Origin: Pelagibacteraceae bacterium
GTDB taxonomy: Bacteria > Pseudomonadota > Alphaproteobacteria > HIMB59
NCBI GenBank assembly: GCA_002705265.1
Contig: PAHR01000019.1
Location: 1,438 to 65,437 of the forward strand
Direction: 5' to 3'
Length of the DNA stretch: 64,000 nt
The position numbers and the translations under genes were made by a program. This document shows positions 1-8,717 of the stretch, piece after piece (position 1 is the first letter of the stretch; each line of letters opens with the position of its first letter). The notes below the pieces were generated by a model. That model ran no database searches, was not told where the DNA came from, and saw only the letters and a list, made by a program, of their open reading frames with translations.

Positions 1-180
1 TTAAGTTTTTCAATGATGCTTAGATATAGTCTTGACCAACAAGACTTAGCAAAAATAGTTGAAGATGTAATTCAAGAAGTTCTTAACGAAGGTTTTAGAA
101 CAGCAGATATTTATAACAACGACTCTCAAACTTTAGTTTCCTGTTCCAAAATGGGTGACTTGATAATAGAAAGATTATAA
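1..180 (+). CDS. leuB: 3-isopropylmalate dehydrogenase, C-terminal part (truncated by window start)
   Basis: Frame 1 reads LSFSMMLRYSLDQ...EGFRTADIY...SCSKMGDLIIERL*, the typical LeuB C-terminus. leuB-asd order is common. Confidence 0.9.
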   Translation, partial: LSFSMMLRYSLDQQDLAKIVEDVIQEVLNEGFRTADIYNNDSQTLVSCSKMGDLIIERL

Positions 181-184
181 GGGC

Positions 185-1213
185 ATGACATCTAAAAAAC
201 CAAAAATAGCAATTGTCGGAGCTACTGGAAATGTTGGAAGAGAAGTTTTAGATATAATCGATGAAAAAGAAGTTCAATATTCGGAGCTGGTCGCCCTAGC
301 TTCAAAAAAATCTAAAGGATCTGAAATTCAATACGGCGAAGATAAATTAATAACTGTAAAAGATTTAAGTGAGTATGATTTTAATGGTACTGATATAGCT
401 ATTTTTTCTGCAGGAGCAAGTGTATCAAGTGATTTTGCCCCTATTGCTGCAAAACAAGGATGTATTGTAATTGATAATACTTCTCATTTTAGAACTGATC
501 CGGATATACCTTTAGTTGTATCAGAAGTTAATCCAGGTGATTTAAAGAATTTTAGAAACAAAAACATTATTTCAAATCCAAATTGTTCAACAATGGGGTT
601 AATGGTTGCTGCTAAGCCATTACATGATGCTTTTAAAATAAAAAGACTAGTAGTTTCAACCTATCAATCAGTTTCAGGAGCCGGTAAAGAGGCAGCGGAT
701 GAATTATTTAATCAAACAAAGAGCATTTACTCGAATGAGGCAATTACAAAAGAAAAATTTACAAAACAAATTGCTTTTAATCTAATACCCCACATAGATG
801 TCTTTCTAGAAGATGGACAAACCAAAGAAGAATGGAAGATGTATAGTGAAACAAAAAGAATTATCGATCCTAATATTGAAGTTTCTTGTACATGTGTAAG
901 AGTACCTGTTTTTGTATCACATTCTCTTTCAGTAAATGTTGAGTTTGAAAATTCATACGAAGAAGATCAAGTTAGAGAGATTTTTAAATCTGCACCCGGT
1001 TTAAAAATGGTTGATTACAGGGTAGACGAAGGTTATGTAACGCCCGTTGAGGTTGCAGGTTTAGATCCAGTTTATGTAAGCAGAATAAGAAGAGACTCTT
1101 CAATTCCTAATGGGCTCAACTTTTGGTGTGTAGCTGATAATTTAAGAAAAGGCGCTGCCTTAAATACAGTTCAGATCGCAGAAATTTTAATTAAAGATTA
1201 TTTAAGCTCTTAG
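185..1213 (+). CDS. asd: aspartate-semialdehyde dehydrogenase
   Basis: GATGNVG Rossmann motif, NPNCST catalytic Cys, YQSVSGAG, DNLRKGAALN. Confidence 0.97.
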   Translation: MTSKKPKIAIVGATGNVGREVLDIIDEKEVQYSELVALASKKSKGSEIQYGEDKLITVKDLSEYDFNGTDIAIFSAGASVSSDFAPIAAKQGCIVIDNTSHFRTDPDIPLVVSEVNPGDLKNFRNKNIISNPNCSTMGLMVAAKPLHDAFKIKRLVVSTYQSVSGAGKEAADELFNQTKSIYSNEAITKEKFTKQIAFNLIPHIDVFLEDGQTKEEWKMYSETKRIIDPNIEVSCTCVRVPVFVSHSLSVNVEFENSYEEDQVREIFKSAPGLKMVDYRVDEGYVTPVEVAGLDPVYVSRIRRDSSIPNGLNFWCVADNLRKGAALNTVQIAEILIKDYLSS

Positions 1214-2015
1214 ACTTATATTTCAATTTACCTTTTTTTATTTTAAGATTGTTAGCGCTGATTTTATTTTCTTTTAAGCTCTTAATAATTTCAAACATTT
1301 GATTGCTTACTAATTCTAATACTTTTGATTCATTGTAATTTTTAAATATATAGTGAGTAAATAATGCGGTAGAAATATCTCCTGCCCCAGCAATTCTTTT
1401 TTTAAATTTAATATTAGGGGTCTCTATAAAAAAACAATTATTTTTAGAAGCTATTAAGTTACAAAGCTTATTACCCCTAATGATACTTCTAATAAAAACC
1501 ATTTTATTATTCTTTTTACAATAAGCCCTTGCATCTTTTCCCAAAAATTCTAATGAATAATTTTGCATACTTTTCTTCATTAAAGTACACCATTCAAAAA
1601 AATTCAGAGAAATATGTGTAGCAAAATTAATTATATTAGGAATAAATTTAATAACATCCTTGCTAACATATGCGCCTGTATCTAGATCCCCCATTACTGG
1701 ATCTAGAACAAATTTTTTTTTATTTTTAACTATCTTTAGAACAGACTTTCCAATATTGGTATTTGGGATATACCCAACAAGAAAAATATCATCTTTTGAA
1801 ATTTTAATAGTTTTTTTTAAGGACTGAAAAAAAATATTTGGAGTATCTTTTTTTATTGGAATCTCAATATAGTTTTTATGACCTTTATGAGAAGACAAGA
1901 TGATAGTTGGAATTTGTATAACCTGATACCCTAAATTACCTAATACTAGACTTGCAGCTTGGTTTCCGACTAGATCACTTAAAACATTTGACTGAATTGA
2001 TATAATTTTTTTCAT
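1191..2015 (-). CDS. pdxY: pyridoxal/pyridoxine kinase (PdxK/PdxY family); ATG at 2015 preferred as start
   Basis: IISIQS..VGNQAA, LDPVMGD and GAGD ribokinase-family motifs. Confidence 0.8.
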   Translation of the reverse strand: MKKIISIQSNVLSDLVGNQAASLVLGNLGYQVIQIPTIILSSHKGHKNYIEIPIKKDTPNIFFQSLKKTIKISKDDIFLVGYIPNTNIGKSVLKIVKNKKKFVLDPVMGDLDTGAYVSKDVIKFIPNIINFATHISLNFFEWCTLMKKSMQNYSLEFLGKDARAYCKKNNKMVFIRSIIRGNKLCNLIASKNNCFFIETPNIKFKKRIAGAGDISTALFTHYIFKNYNESKVLELVSNQMFEIIKSLKENKISANNLKIKKGKLKYKSKSLNNL

Positions 2016-2084
2016 ATTACCTTTTAGAATTGACAATATTATAGTATTAATAGTGTTTTAAAATTAAGAAAAGGAACTAATTAA

Positions 2085-2678
2085 ATGACATTTGAATTAC
2101 CATCACTTAACTATGCAAATGATGCTCTTTCCCCAATCATGTCAGCAGAAACTTTAGAGTTTCATCATGGAAAGCATCATCAAACATATGTTACAAACTT
2201 AAACAATCTTGTAAAAGATACAGATTTAGCAAACTCTTCTTTAGAAGAAATACTTACAACAACTAATGGCGATGCTTCAAAAGCTGGTATCTTTAATAAC
2301 GCAGGTCAACATTGGAACCATATTTTATTTTGGCAATGCATGAAACCAAATGGTGGCGGCGCAATGCCTTCTGAGTTAGAAAGCAGAATTGTTTCTGACT
2401 TTGGTAGCATAGAAAAGTTTAAAGAAGATTTTGTTCAGGCTGGGGTGACTCAATTCGGATCAGGTTGGGCTTGGCTAGCAATTGATAATGGAAAACTTGT
2501 GGTAACTAAATCAGCTAATGCTTCAAATCCATTAGTTGATGGTATGAAGCCTATATTTGGATGTGATGTTTGGGAGCACTCATACTATATAGATTTTAGA
2601 AATAAGAGACCTGATTACCTAAAGGCATTTGTTGATAGTCTTGCTAATTGGGATTTTGTTGCATCACAACTAGATTAA
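2085..2678 (+). CDS. sodB: Fe/Mn superoxide dismutase (Fe-type likely)
   Basis: HHGKHH, FNNAGQHWNH, QFGSGWAW, DVWEHSYY. Confidence 0.95.
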   Translation: MTFELPSLNYANDALSPIMSAETLEFHHGKHHQTYVTNLNNLVKDTDLANSSLEEILTTTNGDASKAGIFNNAGQHWNHILFWQCMKPNGGGAMPSELESRIVSDFGSIEKFKEDFVQAGVTQFGSGWAWLAIDNGKLVVTKSANASNPLVDGMKPIFGCDVWEHSYYIDFRNKRPDYLKAFVDSLANWDFVASQLD

Positions 2679-2689
2679 ATTTAAAAAAT

Positions 2690-2719
2690 GGAGCTACCTT
2701 ATTAACTTAAGATAGCTCC
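2690..2719. terminator. hairpin between convergent sodB and ibpA (likely bidirectional terminator)
   Basis: GGAGCTA...TAGCTCC inverted repeat. The adjacent A run at 2683-2688 is a U-tract on the minus strand. Confidence 0.65.
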
Positions 2720-2730
2720 GTTGGATAAAG

Positions 2731-3183
2731 TTAAGCGTCGATTACTCTGGAATGAGAACCAATCTCAATCTTCCTTGCTTTTTTATGCTCAGGAATTTCC
2801 CTTTCTAGCTCAATAACAAGAAGCCCGTTATTTAAGTCAGCAGCATTTACTTTAACAGAGTCAGCTAATTCAAATTTTCTATCAAAATTTCTTGTAGCAA
2901 TACCTCTGTGCAAGTACTCGACATTATCAGCAGAGCCATTATCGGATTTATTATCACCTTTAATGGTTAGTAGATTTTCTTCTTGTGAAATATCTATGTT
3001 GTTTTGATCAAATCCAGCAACAGCCATTGTAATTTGATATTTATTCTTATCAGTTTTAACAATGTTATATGGTGGATAAGAGTTAGTTTTACTCTCTGTT
3101 GAAAAAACAGAATCGAAAAGTCTATCAAACTCGTCGAAACCAACGGTTGTTCTCCATAACGGAGATAAGTCAAATGTAGTCAT
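2731..3183 (-). CDS. ibpA: small heat shock protein (Hsp20/IbpA)
   Basis: FDLSPL..TVGFD, YPPYNI, YLHRGIA.RNF.RKF.LA, NGLL.I.L.REIPE. Confidence 0.95.
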   Translation of the reverse strand: MTTFDLSPLWRTTVGFDEFDRLFDSVFSTESKTNSYPPYNIVKTDKNKYQITMAVAGFDQNNIDISQEENLLTIKGDNKSDNGSADNVEYLHRGIATRNFDRKFELADSVKVNAADLNNGLLVIELEREIPEHKKARKIEIGSHSRVIDA

Positions 3184-3263
3184 AATTAACCTCCTTTAAG
3201 CGTTAATTTAATATTCGCAGTTTAAAACCTGCTTGTGTTTGTAGGCCCGTCATGGCGCCTACA
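3181..3263 (-). promoter_or_regulatory. ROSE-like RNA thermometer in the ibpA 5' UTR
   Basis: Three hairpins at 3240-3263, 3217-3232 and 3184-3208. The last one, AAUUAAC-GCUU-AA-AGGAG-GUUAAUU-AUG, sequesters the Shine-Dalgarno. Confidence 0.65.
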
Positions 3264-3267
3264 TTTT

Positions 3268-3297
3268 ATATATGGGATTACTTAAATAAAGTTCAAG
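3268..3297 (-). promoter_or_regulatory. RpoH (sigma32) promoter of ibpA
   Basis: Minus strand CTTGAA-N15-CCCATATAT matches the heat-shock consensus, upstream of an Hsp20 gene. Confidence 0.8.
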
Positions 3298-3299
3298 GT

Positions 3300-4445
3300 T
3301 TAAACTTTAAATAATTTTTCTGTAAAATTAGGAATGTCTGAATTCCAAAATACATTTTTCTTTATTTGTTCAAACTCTAAGTCTAGTACAGATGAAATTG
3401 CCGATGCATAAATTCCTCTCGCATCTATTGTGCTAAATAAATCCCTGTTTTCAAAAAGTTTATTTTTATTTAATCCAGGCCAATCAGAAAAGACTTGAGA
3501 TTTTTTTAATAATCCTCCTGCCATTAAAATTGCAGAACCATAACCATGCTCAGTTCCATATCCTCCATTTTGTTCAACAGTTCTTCCAAATTCGGTAAGT
3601 GTGAGTATTAAGGTATTGTCAAATTCTTTTCCCAGGCCCTCATATAAATTTTTAATGACCATATCTATTTCTTGCATTTTATTTGCATGCTCCCCTTCAT
3701 CATTTCCTTGTGCAGCATGAGTATCAAATCCTTCAATATCAAAAACAGCAATCCTTGGTCCCAAAGGATCTAATAATATTTTTGAAGCTTTTTTAGATAA
3801 ACTATCCAAACTTTGGTTCCCACCTTGCATAGTTATAGGTCTATTGATTATAACATCTATAACATTAAGCAGTTTTTCTTCAGAAGCCCCTTCATAGGCA
3901 GATCTTAGTTTGTTTACAATTTCTCTTCTTGGCATTGAGTTATGGGCTGGATAAAAGTTATTATTTTGCTCAATGCCTCTAAGTAAAAGAGGCATAGGCA
4001 GTGATAAAGCCAAGCCAGAATCATCTAAGTTTGCAAGTTTTAAACCTCTTCCTAACCAGCCAGTCTTTTCTTTATAGGGAACAATGCCACCACTCTGCAT
4101 TAAATTTTGACCATCAAAATGAGATCTTTGGGTATAAGGGATACTTGTTGCATGAACCACAGAAGCCTTACCAAGTTTCCATAACTCATGAAGTGTTGAC
4201 AGCTTTGGGTGAAGGCCAAAATCTGAGTTTAATTTTATTTTTTCATCAAGCAATAATTCTGATCGGTATTTTTTAAGCATAGGGTCACCAATAACAGGAA
4301 CAGCGGTTAGCCCATCCATTCCACCCCTTAATGATATAATAATGAGGTTTTTTTTAACTGAAGATGCAAATAGCGGAAGATTTAATCCTCCTACAAATAA
4401 AGTTGCTAAGCTACCTTGTAAAAAACTTCGCCTAGTACAGTTCAT
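3300..4445 (-). CDS. DUF1501 family protein with Tat signal
   Basis: RRSFL twin-arginine motif, LRGGMDGL, RSHFDGQ, GWLGR, GFDTH, EFGRT..NG..GTEHG. Confidence 0.88.
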   Translation of the reverse strand: MNCTRRSFLQGSLATLFVGGLNLPLFASSVKKNLIIISLRGGMDGLTAVPVIGDPMLKKYRSELLLDEKIKLNSDFGLHPKLSTLHELWKLGKASVVHATSIPYTQRSHFDGQNLMQSGGIVPYKEKTGWLGRGLKLANLDDSGLALSLPMPLLLRGIEQNNNFYPAHNSMPRREIVNKLRSAYEGASEEKLLNVIDVIINRPITMQGGNQSLDSLSKKASKILLDPLGPRIAVFDIEGFDTHAAQGNDEGEHANKMQEIDMVIKNLYEGLGKEFDNTLILTLTEFGRTVEQNGGYGTEHGYGSAILMAGGLLKKSQVFSDWPGLNKNKLFENRDLFSTIDARGIYASAISSVLDLEFEQIKKNVFWNSDIPNFTEKLFKV

Positions 4446-5905
4446 ACTTTTAAGACCTCTGGAATATTAGCAAACATGACAAATCTATTTTGTGTAGTGT
4501 TCGCAGATAATACAAGCTTCAATACATTCTCAGGATTATCAAAGTTTTTATAAATAATTTTTTCGTAGAATTCATTATTATAAAGACTTCTGTTTTCTTT
4601 CTTAATCCCCTTTAGGTATGATTGGAATTGATTAGCATAGACCATTCTTCTAATAATTAATTCTGGTGATGTCCACTCATCTTCTTTGTCTATAAACCCA
4701 TTTGGTTGACTAGCTCTAAAAACAGGATGACCTAAATCTTCTAATATCCATTGTATTTTTTTTTCACGCTTTGCAGGTCTACGACCTGCTATAAAAACAA
4801 ATTTATCTGGACCCCAATAGTGTTTAAAATTTAACATTTTTGCATTTTGAATTAACCAAGTCTCTGGCATTAAGAATTTTTTATATTTATTTCCATATTC
4901 AAAAGCGACTTTCATTGTTGCTTTATGGATGTCAGGAAGAAATCCATCTGATTTTAACCATGCTTGAATAATTGGATTGATCATATCTTGGCTAGGTTCA
5001 TCAGTCACAAAATGCTGACATAACTTTTTAGCAACAAATTCCCTACATGATGCATGGTTACAGAGGTCTTTGATAACAGCAAATAATTGCTTATTACCTG
5101 TAATTTTATTGTTCTTTGAATTATAGGTTTTTCCTAAAATAGTTTTTTGACCCATGTCGTGTCTTTCTGGTTGGAAACCTATAGGCCCTGCCCATAAATT
5201 TTTCTTAGACCATTTTTTCCCCCACCCAGTTAAAACCCTTGCCATGTCTATGACATCTGCTTGATTATATCCTGAAGCAGGCGAAACTGTATGAAGTTCT
5301 AAAAGTTCTCTTGCATGATTTTCATTTAAACCAACTTTTCTTTTATCACCATCAGAGTTTTCTCTTTTACCTTGTATAGAGTTTGGACCTATATTTTCTG
5401 AGTTATCTAAGTGATGTATCATCGCCCAAGAAGTTGTAACTTCAACTACCATTTCCTCAAATGTCTTATCCATTGATGGTCGTATAACTTCTCTCATATA
5501 TGGCCCGTAATGCCATGACGATAAAAAATCTTTATCACTTAATGAAAAATGATTTCCCCAAAAATGCCACATTCTTTCAAATGCTGGCACACCATTATGT
5601 AAAGCATTATGGTGCCTTATTGAAAGTTCAAAAGGTTCAAAAAACTTCTCACCAGTTTGGGCTCTTAATTTATTTTTCTCTGTTTCGTATTCCATCCTGT
5701 TTTTGCGGAATCTTTTTCTAAGTTTTTCATCTTCATAAATGAATTGCCTAAACTTTTCTCTTTGATCTTCTACTGTAGGTAATTTTTCTGACCAAATTAA
5801 ATCGTGATAGTTATCAAATTGATTAGTAGCCCAAATCAAAGGATCATTTGGAATTTCATCATTTTTTGCGAGTCCAAAACCAACTTTTCTAAAGTAAGAA
5901 CTCAT
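4442..5905 (-). CDS. DUF1800 family protein
   Basis: ERMWHFWGNHF, NENHARELLELHT, ARVLTGW; ATGA overlap with DUF1501, the usual pairing. Confidence 0.88.
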   Translation of the reverse strand: MSSYFRKVGFGLAKNDEIPNDPLIWATNQFDNYHDLIWSEKLPTVEDQREKFRQFIYEDEKLRKRFRKNRMEYETEKNKLRAQTGEKFFEPFELSIRHHNALHNGVPAFERMWHFWGNHFSLSDKDFLSSWHYGPYMREVIRPSMDKTFEEMVVEVTTSWAMIHHLDNSENIGPNSIQGKRENSDGDKRKVGLNENHARELLELHTVSPASGYNQADVIDMARVLTGWGKKWSKKNLWAGPIGFQPERHDMGQKTILGKTYNSKNNKITGNKQLFAVIKDLCNHASCREFVAKKLCQHFVTDEPSQDMINPIIQAWLKSDGFLPDIHKATMKVAFEYGNKYKKFLMPETWLIQNAKMLNFKHYWGPDKFVFIAGRRPAKREKKIQWILEDLGHPVFRASQPNGFIDKEDEWTSPELIIRRMVYANQFQSYLKGIKKENRSLYNNEFYEKIIYKNFDNPENVLKLVLSANTTQNRFVMFANIPEVLKV

Positions 5906-5981
5906 TCTTATAATTTACAGTAAAATTAGCTAATAAAACACTGTTGTGTTTGTGAAAATGATAAATTAATTTAATTATTGA

Positions 5982-6956
5982 ATGGCTTATTTTATAAAGG
6001 CTCTAAATTCAGGGGATTCCTCTGTTTTAACTAAAGAAAAATTTATTCCTAAACAACCTAAAGAAAATGAAATTCTTATTAAAAATGAAAGTATAGGAAT
6101 CAATTTTATTGATATTTATATTAGGAAGGGTATTTATCCTTGGCCAGTTGAGAAAGATCTTGTGCTTGGATGTGAGGGTGCTGGAATCATTGAAAGCATT
6201 GGCTCAAATGTAAAAAAATTTAAAGAAGGCGATAGAGTAGCCTATGTTAAAACAAACGGGGCGTATACTACTCATCGAACAATAGAAGAGAAATTAGTTG
6301 TTAAATTACCTGAGTTTATTTCTTTTGATCAAGCAGCTGCTGTCATGCTCAAAGGACTAACTGTAAAATATTTATTTGATGATAGTTTTAAAATCAAAGG
6401 ACACGAAAATGTTTTATTTCATGCGTCTGCTGGAGGTGTAGGAATAATAGCAGGCCAATGGTTAAAGTCACTTGGAATTGAAGCTATTGGAACAGCTGGC
6501 AGTGAAGAAAAATGTACGATCGCAATGAAGAATGGCTACTCAAATGTCATTAACTACAAAGAACATAACTTTCAACCACTAGCAATGGAACTAACAAATG
6601 GAGAAGGATTTGATGTGGTATACGATAGTGTCGGACAAGACACTATGGTTAGGTCTTTTGGTTGTTTAAAAAAACATGGAACAGTGATTAGTTTTGGTCA
6701 ATCATCAGGTGTTTATAAAGATTTAAAAATGGGAGATCTTCAAGCAGGATCTTTTTTTCTTTCAAGGCCAACTTTATTTCATTTTTTACCAATTCCAGGA
6801 TGGCTAGATCAAGCTAGTACAATCTTATTTTCAAAGATACAAAAAAAGGAAATTACAATTGATTGCAAACATTCATACCCTTTAGAAAATGTAGGTAAAG
6901 CTCATAATGATATTGAAAATCGCAAAACCACTGGTTCAGTTATTCTAAAAGTTTAA
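5982..6956 (+). CDS. qor: NADPH:quinone oxidoreductase (zeta-crystallin/MDR family)
   Basis: IGINFIDIY.R.G.Y, LG.EGAG, HASAGGVG, YDSVG, SFGQSSG, RKTTGS. Confidence 0.9.
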   Translation: MAYFIKALNSGDSSVLTKEKFIPKQPKENEILIKNESIGINFIDIYIRKGIYPWPVEKDLVLGCEGAGIIESIGSNVKKFKEGDRVAYVKTNGAYTTHRTIEEKLVVKLPEFISFDQAAAVMLKGLTVKYLFDDSFKIKGHENVLFHASAGGVGIIAGQWLKSLGIEAIGTAGSEEKCTIAMKNGYSNVINYKEHNFQPLAMELTNGEGFDVVYDSVGQDTMVRSFGCLKKHGTVISFGQSSGVYKDLKMGDLQAGSFFLSRPTLFHFLPIPGWLDQASTILFSKIQKKEITIDCKHSYPLENVGKAHNDIENRKTTGSVILKV

Positions 6957-6967
6957 ATTTAGATTAA

Positions 6968-8305
6968 TTACCGAATATTATTAAACACTTCTTTAAGTGT
7001 TTCTTTGAGTATGGAATACATTGTATCAATCTCCTCTGGCGTTGTAATGAAAGGTGGACATAAAACAATAGAAGGGCCAAGTGGTCTACAAATTAATCCT
7101 TTTTCAATGGCTTTATTAGCAACTTGTTCCCCCATATTTAATGATGAGTCGAAAGGCTGTTTCGTTTTTTTATCTTGAACCATTTCAAGTGCGCCCATTA
7201 AACCAATTCCTCTAGCTTCTCCAATAAACTCCATATCCTCAAATGCTTTTAACCCTCCCATAAATAATGGTTCAAGTGATCGCACGTTTTCAATTAATTT
7301 TTCATTAATAATAATATCTATTGCTTGGAGTGCTAAAGCACATGCAACTGGATGACCGCCAGCAGTAAATCCATGAGGAAATTCTTCAGCTTCGTACGAA
7401 GCTTTCATTAGCTCTTCAGTCATTCTTTCGCCTATAATTACTGCGCCTAATGGGAAAAAACCTGAAGTGATACATTTAGATGCTATAATAATATCTGGAT
7501 TAATATTATATGTTTCAGAACCCCATAAATTTCCTGTTCTACCAAAACCACAAATAACTTCATCTGCTATAAAAGGAATATTATATTTTTTAAGTATTGG
7601 TTGAATCAATTCAAAGTAATTTTGTGATGGAGGTATAACTCCCCCAGCACCCATAACTGGTTCAGCAAAAAATCCAGCAATTGTATCAGGATTCTCTTTT
7701 TTAATTAATTCCTCTAATTCATAAGCCATTCTTTTTGAAAAATCTTCTTCACTTTCATTTTCATTAGAATTTTTCCAATAATGAGGACACGGAGCGTGAA
7801 CAAATCCGTCAAGTGGTAACCCAAACTCACTGTTGTAGGGTTTTCCTGTCATGGATGAAGAAACAACAGTTACCCCATGATAAGAATTTATACGAGTAAT
7901 TATTTTAGTTCTTTTTTTAAATCCTTTTCTTCTATTTAAAAACCATAAAAGCTTTACGCAAGTGTCATTAGCTTCCGAACCAGAATTTGTAAAAAAAACT
8001 TTTCCATCATTAAAAGGAGATATCTCAATTAATTTATCTGCAAGAAGAACAGCAGGTTCAGATATTCTTCCAAAGAAAGAATGGTACCCAGAAAATTTTT
8101 CATATTGAATTTTTGCTGCTTCAATCATTTTAGGATGATCAAATCCCACAACTGAATTCCATAATCCAGAATTAGCATCAAGATATTTTTTACCTTTATC
8201 ATCATAAACATAAATACCTTCAGCTTTATTTAAGACTATTGCACCGTGAGTGTCCAAATTTTTTAGATCTGTAAATCCATGAAGAATATGAGATGTATTA
8301 GTCAT
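6968..8305 (-). CDS. class III PLP aminotransferase (omega-amino acid/amine:pyruvate transaminase)
   Basis: LDANSGLWN, NSGSEAND, AEPVMGAGG, DEVICGFGRTG, PLP-binding Lys in ASKCIT, HGFT. Confidence 0.9.
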   Translation of the reverse strand: MTNTSHILHGFTDLKNLDTHGAIVLNKAEGIYVYDDKGKKYLDANSGLWNSVVGFDHPKMIEAAKIQYEKFSGYHSFFGRISEPAVLLADKLIEISPFNDGKVFFTNSGSEANDTCVKLLWFLNRRKGFKKRTKIITRINSYHGVTVVSSSMTGKPYNSEFGLPLDGFVHAPCPHYWKNSNENESEEDFSKRMAYELEELIKKENPDTIAGFFAEPVMGAGGVIPPSQNYFELIQPILKKYNIPFIADEVICGFGRTGNLWGSETYNINPDIIIASKCITSGFFPLGAVIIGERMTEELMKASYEAEEFPHGFTAGGHPVACALALQAIDIIINEKLIENVRSLEPLFMGGLKAFEDMEFIGEARGIGLMGALEMVQDKKTKQPFDSSLNMGEQVANKAIEKGLICRPLGPSIVLCPPFITTPEEIDTMYSILKETLKEVFNNIR

Positions 8306-8322
8306 TTTATTTTAATTGAATG

Positions 8323-8448
8323 TTAGTCTACCTTTTCATATAGATCTTCTAAATAAGGCATTTTATCAAAAGGTATTTCAATGATATTTAAATCAGCTAT
8401 AAAATACCCAAAAAAAAATGCTATTAGCATTAAAATTAATTTAAACAT
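8323..8448 (-). CDS. putative 41-aa membrane microprotein (not in the ORF track)
   Basis: MFKLILMLIAFFFGYFIADLNIIEIPFDKMPYLEDLYEKVD*: hydrophobic N-terminal helix and acidic tail, ending 17 nt before the aminotransferase start. Confidence 0.5.
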   Translation of the reverse strand: MFKLILMLIAFFFGYFIADLNIIEIPFDKMPYLEDLYEKVD

Positions 8449-8485
8449 AGAGGTTAACTTTATTGATTAATTTTGTAAAAAGAAC

Positions 8486-8524
8486 AAAAAAAAGGGTCAA
8501 AAGTTTGAACTATTGACCCTTTTA
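8486..8524 (-). terminator. intrinsic terminator
   Basis: AAAGGGTCAA...TTGACCCTTT stem followed on the minus strand by an 8-U tract. Confidence 0.8.
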
Positions 8525-8600
8525 ATGAAGAAAAAAGTGACCACTAAGATAAAAGCCACTTAATCTAGTCTGCAAAAAAATAAGAGATTTTTCTCTTATT
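8486..8600 (-). ncRNA. candidate ~115-nt sRNA or attenuator leader
   Basis: Sigma70-like TTGATG-N16-TATAAT (8632-8605), 5' hairpin AUAAGAGA-AAAA-UCUCUUAU, U-rich linker, terminator, no ORF. Confidence 0.45.
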
Positions 8601-8646
8601 TGCAATTATATTTTATATAAAATACACATCAAGAAATTTGCAAAAT

Positions 8647-8694
8647 ATACTATATATTGTTCTTTATAGGATCATGATCTACTATAGATAGACA
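8647..8694. promoter_or_regulatory. tandem NrdR-box-like sites
   Basis: ATACTATATATTGT (8647) and CTACTATAGATAGA (8679) are 32 bp apart and resemble acaCwAtATaTwGtg. Confidence 0.35.
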
Positions 8695-8717
8695 ATAAAC
8701 ATAAGACCAATTTACAC

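Noticed and set aside
4001-5721. Antisense ORFs 4001..4276 and 5500..5721
   Set aside because: Shadow ORFs inside well-supported DUF1501/DUF1800 genes, with no motifs
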